From assembly GCA_017439405.1 (NCBI GenBank), contig JAFSJF010000142.1, positions 191 through 64,190 on the forward strand: a DNA stretch of 64,000 nt, given 5' to 3'. This stretch comes from Bacteroidales bacterium (lineage in GTDB: Bacteria; Bacteroidota; Bacteroidia; Bacteroidales; F082). Below, in pieces: positions 56,842 through 64,000 of the stretch. Every line of letters begins with the position of its first letter. Positions within the stretch are counted from its first letter, which is position 1. Under the pieces are notes generated by a model. It did no database searches. It was not told the origin of the DNA and saw only the letters and a program-made list of their open reading frames with translations. Both the position numbers and the translations under genes were made by a program.

Positions 56842-57969
56842 TTACATGAGATTAAACAGTGACTGGATGAAGCCTTGGCTCTGGCGGTCGAGTTCGAGGA
56901 TGTCGCGCTCGTTCTCCTCCAAGGTGCGCAGCGGCGCGGGCTTGTAGAAATACTTGTTGAACGAGATTTCGCAGCCTATCTTGGTCGGTGGAAAGTCCAT
57001 GAAGACCTCTGTGCCGATGGCATGCATCAGTTGTTTGGCCGCATCCATCAGCTCGCGGCGGCCCTGCCATTCCTTGACGCTGATGAGTTTCGCCAGCTTC
57101 TTGTCGGTCAGCTTTATCTCGTTGTCGTTCAAATACTCCTTGGTGCCCGGCAGTTCGGCATCCAAGCCCTCAAAGACCTTTTCGCCGTAGGTTTGGTAGA
57201 GCCATTTCGAGAGTTCCGGCTCGCCGTTGTCGTAAAGCATCTCATCAATTTTCAGGGCGTTGAACTGACTCTTCAAACGCAAAGGCCGCTCGATGGTGAC
57301 GTTGTAGAAGCGGAAATCGTCGCCGTCGAAAATCTTGGAGGCCACCTTGTCGCCATCGGCTTCCTTTTTCACGAAGTCCATGTAGGTCTTCAGGATGGCA
57401 TTGCGATGTTCGGGCGTGATGGTGCAGTTGCGCGAGCCTTGGTTTTTCCTCAGTTTCTCAAAGGCCTGCGAAGCGTCGATCAGCTGCACCTTGCCTTTGC
57501 GGTTGTCGGCCTTCTTGTTGGTCAAAAGCCAAACGTAGGTAGTGATGCCTGTGTTATAGAAGATGTTGTTTGGCAGTTGAATAATGGCATCCACCAAGTC
57601 ATTCTCAATCAGATAACGTCGGATATTGCTCTCGCCACTACCCGCATCGCCCGTGAAGAGCGACGAGCCGTTATGAATGGAAGCCACGCGGCTGCCTTGT
57701 GGCTGGAACTCCAAAGGCTTCATCTTGTCGACTTCTTCGAGCATAATATCCATAAGGTATTCACGGCTTTCCGTCAACATTCCACCAGAGCCACAGGCCG
57801 GATCATACAATGAGATAATCTTGGGCAGATTGTCCTTCACGGGTTCAAAAACGAGATGCGCCAACAGCGAAATGGCATCACGGTATTGCCCACGCAAAAA
57901 AACATCGCGCAGCACATCGTCGGCAATCGACCAAATAAAAGAAACTATTTGATTATGTGATATTTCCAT
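56842..57969 (-). pseudogene. hsdM: Type I R-M methyltransferase subunit lacking the catalytic NPPF/Y motif (internal deletions)
   Basis: The HsdM N-terminus is SHNQIVSFIWSIADDVLRD and motif I is DPACGSGGML. The sequence then runs almost directly to ..IHNGSSLFTGDAGSGESNIRRYLIENDLVDAIIQLP. No NPP[FY] occurs anywhere in the 375 aa. Confidence 0.55.
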
Positions 57970-58092
57970 AAATTACCAATTATTCAATACAATGTTCTCT
58001 ACAACGTTTCAAAAATACAAAGAAAATCCGATTCCACCAAATATTAAGTTGCCAAAACATAAAAAATACAAGCCCGCAAGCCTATTTTTCCC

Positions 58093-58100
58093 TACCTTTG
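58093..58100 (+). promoter_or_regulatory. -7 box TAccTTTG
   Basis: TAnnTTTG match 20 nt upstream of ATG 58121. Confidence 0.45.
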
Positions 58101-58120
58101 TCCCCCAAAAACCATCCATC

Positions 58121-59014
58121 ATGGAAAACGAAATACAAACCGCTCCTGAGACCCAAACCGAGGTCGCTGATTGCGAAGCCACCGTCACAACGAAATGCCT
58201 CAACTGCGGCACAGAGTTCGAGGGGAACTACTGCCCAGAATGTGGACAAAAGGCCGACACAAGACGCTTCACGATGAGGTTCATCTTCCAGAACCTGCTC
58301 ACCGCCATCCTCAGCAACGACGGTGGCGTGTGGTTCTCCTTGAAAAACCTTTTCACAAGGCCTGGCGCAATGATTGTCGAGATCTTGGACGGCAAGCGCA
58401 AACGCTACTTCTCGCCCTTCCCCATGCTGTTTCTCGCCCTGACGGTTTACATCCTTTTGTTCTCGCTGACTGGCAGTCGGAACAGTTACAACGAACTTGA
58501 AAACGAAATGACCCACAAAAAGGAGTCTGTCGAGGTAGAAACCGAGCTAAACGACAGCAACAGAGGAATAGTGTATGGCGAGAAAATCAGGAGACTGATT
58601 GGCAATGGCCTCAAGATTTATAACAACCATTACACAGCGGTTTACATGCTCACCTTGCCCTTGTTTGCCATAGCGACAAGGGCCGCCTACGGAAAGAAAA
58701 ACCGCAAGCGCTACAACTGGGCGGAATACTTGGTAGCCATCACTTATTCGATGGTCATGGTTGTCCTCTACCGTTGCCTGACCAGCCTGATGTTCCTTGT
58801 TTCGGAAAGCGTTTCCGACAGGATGGGGACACTGATGCCTCTCGTCATCACCATCGCGTTCACGGCTTGTTTCCGAAAGATGTTGGGGTTCGGCATCGCA
58901 AAGACCGCTTGGCGAAGCATACTGACGGTGCTCTTATACTATGCGATTTTGGGTCTCATTTTCGCTGCCGGAATAGCCATTTTGGCTTTCATCATAGTCC
59001 GTAAATACTACTAA
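58121..59014 (+). CDS. DUF3667-type zinc-ribbon membrane protein
   Basis: It has CLNCGTEFEGNYCPECGQK followed by RRFTMRFIFQNLL and several TM helices. The start is MENEIQT. Confidence 0.7.
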   Translation: MENEIQTAPETQTEVADCEATVTTKCLNCGTEFEGNYCPECGQKADTRRFTMRFIFQNLLTAILSNDGGVWFSLKNLFTRPGAMIVEILDGKRKRYFSPFPMLFLALTVYILLFSLTGSRNSYNELENEMTHKKESVEVETELNDSNRGIVYGEKIRRLIGNGLKIYNNHYTAVYMLTLPLFAIATRAAYGKKNRKRYNWAEYLVAITYSMVMVVLYRCLTSLMFLVSESVSDRMGTLMPLVITIAFTACFRKMLGFGIAKTAWRSILTVLLYYAILGLIFAAGIAILAFIIVRKYY

Positions 59015-59048
59015 GACAGTCATTTCGCCGCTATTGATTGGAAGAAGA

Positions 59049-59822
59049 TCATGACACCCTACCCTCAAGCAAGAACGTCACGTCGGAATTCGGGTCGATC
59101 TCGACGGCTTCCTTGCCATAGCGCATCACTATCATCTTCTTGCCGCCCTTAAGCATCATCTTTCCATCGGTCACCCAAAGGGCTGTGGCTTCGCGCAGAC
59201 CGACCACCGTCATGTGCTGGTTCACGGCAAGATATTCGTTGATGCGGTCTTGGCGCGTCTCGCCGCCGTGCTTGATCATCTTGTCGATTTCGGGGTGCGG
59301 GTCCAGGTAGTGCGGGTTGATTTGGAACGGCACGAGGTTGAGGCATTTGAACGAAGCGGGCTGCACGATGGGCATGTCGTTAGTGGTGCAGAGCGTGGGG
59401 CAGGCGACGTTGCTTCCGGCACTCCAACCCATATAAGGCACGCCCGCCAGGGCACGCTCACGGATGGCCTCCATCAGGCCGTAGCGATGCATCTCGGCCA
59501 CGAGGTGGAAAGTGTTGCCACCACCGACCACGATGCAGTCGGCCTCGTTGACGGCCTTCACCTTGTCGTCGAAATGATGCACAGAGGTGAAGTTCTCCAA
59601 GCCGAACTTGGTGCGAAACACGTTCCTCACTTTCGACTCGTAGGCATCGTAGCTCTCAGGATACACCATGCCGCCGATGTTGACACCCGCGAAAGGCACG
59701 AAGATGATGCGCGACTCCTTATTAATATGGTTCTGCAAGCAGAAAAGCTCGATTTGGCTCGTCGCCCAAGCCAGGTAATTCTCGCCGAAATTGGTCGAGT
59801 TGCTGATCAGTAATAGTCTCAT
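59049..59822 (-). CDS. pepE: Dipeptidase E (peptidase S51)
   Basis: The sequence reads MRLLLISNST..VPFAG..VVGGGNTFHL..GWSAGSNVACPT..HYLDP, which is the PepE layout. The start at 59822 is preferred over 59882. Confidence 0.8.
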   Translation of the reverse strand: MRLLLISNSTNFGENYLAWATSQIELFCLQNHINKESRIIFVPFAGVNIGGMVYPESYDAYESKVRNVFRTKFGLENFTSVHHFDDKVKAVNEADCIVVGGGNTFHLVAEMHRYGLMEAIRERALAGVPYMGWSAGSNVACPTLCTTNDMPIVQPASFKCLNLVPFQINPHYLDPHPEIDKMIKHGGETRQDRINEYLAVNQHMTVVGLREATALWVTDGKMMLKGGKKMIVMRYGKEAVEIDPNSDVTFLLEGRVS

Positions 59823-59940
59823 AAGCGTAAAATTTGATTGATGATGGGGCAAAATTAGGAAAAAAAACGACGCGACAACCATTCCGAGGATGAACCGGAA
59901 AAAAATTCACCTTATTTTGCATCCTAAACAAATTTCTCCC

Positions 59941-59948
59941 TATATTTG
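59941..59948 (+). promoter_or_regulatory. -7 box TAtaTTTG
   Basis: TAnnTTTG match 50 nt upstream of ATG 59999. Confidence 0.45.
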
Positions 59949-59998
59949 CCCATAATTAATCAACAAATCTAAAAACTAAGATTAATATTTGCAAAACA

Positions 59999-62900
59999 AT
60001 GAAGAAAAGAGTTTTACATCTGAAAAGAGTAATGCAAAACATCCTGATTACCATTCTATTGAGCGTGGTAGGCCAATTAAACGCCCAAGACTTCACTGTG
60101 GGCAACTTGAATTATTCTGTCCACAGCGGAACCGATGTGATAGTAACTGGCCACGTGGATGGCACTGCCGCCACAGGCCCACTTGTCATTCCTGAAACCG
60201 TCACTACAAGTAATGGCATCGTTTGTACCGTCGTCTGGATTGGTCGTGATGCTTTCCAAAATTGTAGCGGCTTGACAGGTACGCTTACCATTCCTCATAG
60301 TGTGAGTTTGATTGGAGGCAATGCTTTCAAAAACTGCAGTGGTTTCACTTCTATTAACGTTTGGGCTGAAGCTCCGCCCACCATCGGGATAGATGCATTC
60401 GTCGGTGTGGATCATGACATCCCTATTACGGTGTTTTGCGGCTCACTTGGTGCTTATCAGAACTCATGGTACTGGAGCCAGTTCAACAACATTCAGGAGC
60501 CAGATCAATGTTTTTTGGTTACGGCCACGGCTAATCTTGCAGCAGGCGGCACGGTAACGGGTGGTAACCAATACCCACAAGGCTATACCTGCACACTTAC
60601 GGCCACGCCCAACCCTGGCTATATCTTCACTAATTGGACAGAGAACGGTGAGGAGGTTTCCACCAACCCCTCCTATTCCTTTGTAGTTGAAGGAGGCAGA
60701 AATCTCGTGGCTAATTTTGTTTATACAGCTTTTCGTCCTTATGTGGACCTCGGTCTGCCGAGCGGCACGCTTTGGGCCACCTACAACCTCGGTGCCGAAT
60801 CGCCTGAAGGCTATGGCGACAGTTTCACATGGGGACAGACCCAACCTGACGTAGTCACCGCCAACTGGGGCGGCGATTGGCGTATGCCCACTGGTGTAGA
60901 GTTGCAGGAACTGTGTGACAACACGACCTTTTCTTGGACGATTTGGAATGGTGTGAATGGTGCCCTTTTCACCGCCTCGAATGGCAATAGCGTTTTTTTC
61001 CCCGCTGCCGGTATACGCTATGAGAGTGCTATCTACAACAGAGGCAGTGCCGGCTACTATTGGTCGAATGAGACACTATGGCTTTTGATCGTTGTTCAGA
61101 ATGGATCTAGTATGTACCATTTTGAAGAATACGATTACTATGATCATGGTCTCTCAGTCCGGCCAGTGCGCACTTCAACGCAAATTCCACCCCATGTCAT
61201 CAATGTTACTGCCAACCATGCAGATTTCGGTGAGGTAAGCGGTGGAGGATCTTATCCGGAATGCAGTGAGTGTACAGTCACCGCGACGACCTCAAACGAA
61301 GACTGTATGTTTGCCTATTGGAAAGAAAACGATGAAATCGTCTCTATGGATACTACCTACACCTTCATGGTGACTGAAGACAGGAATCTCGTGGCCTGCT
61401 TTTTCCATCCCGACTTTCATGAATACGTTGACCTTGGTTTGCCAAGCGGCACCATGTGGGCCACCTGCAATGTGGGATCATGCTATCCAGAACAGGACTA
61501 TAGTACGACACCTTACTATTCATGGGGTTGCGACTACTGTGAGGATTCAGGACTTACAAAATACTGCAACAATCCTGACTACGGTGTAAATGGCTATAGC
61601 GATACCCTGACCACGCTGTTGCCGGAAGACGACGTTGCCACATGTGAATGGGGTATCGGCTGGCGTACGCCCACGGCGGAAGAGTGGGAAGAACTGACAC
61701 AAAACACCACCTTTACATGGAAGTTGGTTTATAATAATGGAGAAGTTGTCGGAAGTGGCGCATTGTTCACTGCTCCCAATGGCAATAGTGTCTTTTTGCC
61801 TGCCATTAACCGAAAATATAATCCAACAATGACCTTTTTTGACAACGAACAAGGGCCTTTCTATTACTGGACGAGTTCTCTCGACACTATTAATCCATTG
61901 AACGCCTACCATATTTCGGGAGGCCCCGCTACCTATGAGATGGGTTCATCCAGTCGCTGTGAAGGTCTTTGCGTCCGTCCCGTTCTTTCTACAGTGCCGA
62001 GTGACTTTTACACCGTCAGCGTCACGGTTCATCCCGAAGAAGGCGGCACGGTGACTGGCACTGGAGAATACTCTTTCGGTGAATTATGTTCGCTTACGGC
62101 CATCCCTAACGAGGATTTCGTTTTTACTAACTGGAAAAAGGCCGGAGTAGTGGTTTCTACGGATGCCACTTATTCCTTCAGGGTGTACGGTAACTGTAGC
62201 TATGAGGCATGTTTTGTCCATAGTAATCCTACTTATGTGGACCTTGGCCTGCCAAGTGGTTTGTTGTGGGCCGATTGCAATGTGGGTGCCAACGCACCAG
62301 AAGAGTGTGGCGACTATTTTGCATGGGGAGAGACCCAACCTAAGAGAAAATACGATTGGGATACTTACAGATACTGTACAAAAGACTACATTACCCCAAG
62401 TGACTTTATTTATATTCTTACAAAATACAATGCTACCGACTCCTTGACCATCCTTGAGCCTGGCGATGACGCAGCCACCATGCTTTATGACAACATTTCG
62501 CACACCCCCACCAAGGAAGAATGGCAGGAACTGTTAGACAATTGCACTTCCTCGTGGACTACGCTGAACGGTGTGGAAGGGAGGCAATTCATTGGTCCAA
62601 GTGGAGACAGTATCTTCCTGCCTGCTGCGGGTTTCCGTGCGGAAAGCACTCTCTCACAAAGTTCTGTTGTCGGGGCATACCATTCGAGTTCTATTGTGTC
62701 AGAGGACCCATCCGCGTACTACTCGTATTACGACGGATGGGTCTTCTATTTCCATCCGTATGCATACTACATGAATGACTACTGCCAACGCAGTGTCGGT
62801 CGTTCTGTCAGAGCAGTGCGTCCTGCGGGTCTAACCTATGTCATCAACGCCACGGCCAATCCTACGGGGAGCGGAACCATAAGCGGCACAGGAAGCTATC

Positions 62901-64000
62901 TTGAAAACTCAACCTGCACTCTGACAGCCTCCGCCAACGAAGGCTACAGCTTCATCAACTGGACGAAGGACGGCACCGAGGTTTCAACCAGTGCAATCTA
63001 TAGCTTCACGGTGACCGAAAATGCAGATTTTGTGGCGAACTTTGCCCCGAGCACATGCACTATTACCACGACCGCCAACCCGACAGACGGTGGCACCGTG
63101 ACCGGCGCAGGCACATACGACTACGGCACAACGGCCATTTTGTCGGCCACGCCCAACGAGGGCTACAGATTCTCCCGCTGGACAAAGAACGGCACGACGG
63201 TTTCCACCAATGCGAACTATAGCTTCACGGTGACCGAAGACGCTGCATTTGTGGCGAATTTCACCGCATACAATCCAGACGAAGACATCATCCAAACCAC
63301 CAACTTCGCCCAAGGCTGGAACTGGTGGAGCAGCTACGTTGAGATGGACGCGGGTAGCCTCCAGAGCTTGCAAGACGGCCTCGGCACGAGCGGCACAATG
63401 ATCAAGTCGCAGAACGACGGCTACGCCTCTTATCTCGAAGGTTTTGGCTGGTACGGCTCGCTGGCTGCCATCAACAACCAATCCACCTATCAGGTGAAGA
63501 CGAGCGCGGCCTGCACCGTGGAAATGACGGGCAATGCAGCCAATTCTGAAGACCACCCGATAACCCTCAACAGCGGCTGGACGTGGGTCGGCTATCCCGT
63601 GAACGCCAGCATGGCCATCGCCGACGCCTTGTCGGGCATTGAGCCGCAGAACGGCGATATGCTGAAGTCGCAAAACAATGGCTATGCCTCCTACCTCGAC
63701 GGCTTCGGCTGGTATGGCTCACTGAGTACGTTGCAGCCCGGCATGGGCCTGATGTTCAAGTCGAACAACAGCAGTGCGGTAACGCTTGTGTATCCCAACA
63801 ACGGCACGAGAACTGACCTGAGGGACAACCAAACCACCGAGAACAACCATTGGCAACCCAACCTGAACGCCTATCCCGACAACATGAGCGTGATGGCCGT
63901 CGTCGAGCTTGATGGCGAGGAACTTGCCAGCGAGCGCTACGAGCTGGCCGCCTTCGCCAACGGCGAATGCCGCGGCAGCGCGAGGCTGATGTATGTGGAG
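59999..64000 (+). CDS. Large secreted mosaic surface protein: BspA-type LRR, Listeria-Bacteroides (InlB B-type) repeats and multiple FISUMP-type domains; 3' end beyond the window
   Basis: The frame is open from ATG 59999 to the window end (1334 codons), so it is absent from the ORF track. My translation reads MKKRVLHLKRVMQNILITILLSVVGQLNAQ..IPETVT..IGRDAFQNCSGLTG.LTIPHSV..IGGNAFKNCSGF (LRR_5-like). The GYIFTNWTENGEEVS-type units repeat at least 6 times. VDLGLPSG(T/L)(L/M)WA..N(L/V)GA blocks repeat 3 times. The minus-strand ORFs at 60077..63673 are antisense shadows. Confidence 0.8.
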   Translation, partial: MKKRVLHLKRVMQNILITILLSVVGQLNAQDFTVGNLNYSVHSGTDVIVTGHVDGTAATGPLVIPETVTTSNGIVCTVVWIGRDAFQNCSGLTGTLTIPHSVSLIGGNAFKNCSGFTSINVWAEAPPTIGIDAFVGVDHDIPITVFCGSLGAYQNSWYWSQFNNIQEPDQCFLVTATANLAAGGTVTGGNQYPQGYTCTLTATPNPGYIFTNWTENGEEVSTNPSYSFVVEGGRNLVANFVYTAFRPYVDLGLPSGTLWATYNLGAESPEGYGDSFTWGQTQPDVVTANWGGDWRMPTGVELQELCDNTTFSWTIWNGVNGALFTASNGNSVFFPAAGIRYESAIYNRGSAGYYWSNETLWLLIVVQNGSSMYHFEEYDYYDHGLSVRPVRTSTQIPPHVINVTANHADFGEVSGGGSYPECSECTVTATTSNEDCMFAYWKENDEIVSMDTTYTFMVTEDRNLVACFFHPDFHEYVDLGLPSGTMWATCNVGSCYPEQDYSTTPYYSWGCDYCEDSGLTKYCNNPDYGVNGYSDTLTTLLPEDDVATCEWGIGWRTPTAEEWEELTQNTTFTWKLVYNNGEVVGSGALFTAPNGNSVFLPAINRKYNPTMTFFDNEQGPFYYWTSSLDTINPLNAYHISGGPATYEMGSSSRCEGLCVRPVLSTVPSDFYTVSVTVHPEEGGTVTGTGEYSFGELCSLTAIPNEDFVFTNWKKAGVVVSTDATYSFRVYGNCSYEACFVHSNPTYVDLGLPSGLLWADCNVGANAPEECGDYFAWGETQPKRKYDWDTYRYCTKDYITPSDFIYILTKYNATDSLTILEPGDDAATMLYDNISHTPTKEEWQELLDNCTSSWTTLNGVEGRQFIGPSGDSIFLPAAGFRAESTLSQSSVVGAYHSSSIVSEDPSAYYSYYDGWVFYFHPYAYYMNDYCQRSVGRSVRAVRPAGLTYVINATANPTGSGTISGTGSYLENSTCTLTASANEGYSFINWTKDGTEVSTSAIYSFTVTENADFVANFAPSTCTITTTANPTDGGTVTGAGTYDYGTTAILSATPNEGYRFSRWTKNGTTVSTNANYSFTVTEDAAFVANFTAYNPDEDIIQTTNFAQGWNWWSSYVEMDAGSLQSLQDGLGTSGTMIKSQNDGYASYLEGFGWYGSLAAINNQSTYQVKTSAACTVEMTGNAANSEDHPITLNSGWTWVGYPVNASMAIADALSGIEPQNGDMLKSQNNGYASYLDGFGWYGSLSTLQPGMGLMFKSNNSSAVTLVYPNNGTRTDLRDNQTTENNHWQPNLNAYPDNMSVMAVVELDGEELASERYELAAFANGECRGSARLMYVE

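Noticed and set aside
56875-57813. 312-aa + ORF
   Set aside because: It is antisense to the hsdM remnant.
60077-63673. Several minus-strand ORFs (60077..60415, 60464..60844, 61547..61912, 62084..62503, 62984..63673)
   Set aside because: All lie antisense to the long open + frame starting at 59999, which has clear signal peptide, LRR and FISUMP motifs.

Overview
This is a Bacteroidales-type chromosome segment. The evidence is TAnnTTTG promoter boxes about 20-60 nt upstream of many starts, T9SS C-terminal sorting domains and lipoprotein/MKK signal leaders. Most genes are on the minus strand. Recognisable core genes are gyrA (5' part, runs off the left edge), rpsA, an MscS-family channel, a large GH2 beta-galactosidase, nadE, a parC-like topoisomerase IV A subunit, clpB and pepE. 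Accessory content: (1) A six-gene minus-strand operon at 8.4-15.3 kb. It encodes two FHA/zinc-ribbon proteins, a Ser/Thr kinase with an extracytoplasmic FISUMP-type domain, a PP2C phosphatase, a secreted caspase-fold protease and an acidic EF-hand-like repeat membrane protein. (2) Two tandem giant Cys-repeat T9SS surface proteins at 28-34 kb. (3) A visibly AT-richer insertion of about 16 kb (about 34.6-50.6 kb) bracketed by two near-identical copies of the clpB terminator hairpin. It carries a decayed MqsR/MqsA-Panacea toxin-antitoxin (TA) module, a frameshifted DUF1232 gene, a WG-repeat gene and the two most interesting loci. The first is a sigma-factor-headed nine-gene operon: cysteine-peptidase-like acidic protein, two dynamin-like GTPases, a GrpE-like protein, an Hsp70-NBD-Sel1 protein, a tail-collar protein and a small zinc-ribbon protein, preceded by a roughly 375-nt GC-rich leader. 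The second is a self-contained SIR2 / KaiC-like double-RecA ATPase / 110-aa cassette with its own promoter and terminator. Neither matches a named system that I know. (4) An eroded type I R-M locus (hsdR, hsdS and hsdM all damaged) around an intact fic gene. (5) A large LRR/FISUMP mosaic surface protein that runs off the right edge. I recognised no rRNA, tRNA, CRISPR array, integrase or transposase. All domain calls come from reading motifs by eye; no searches were run.
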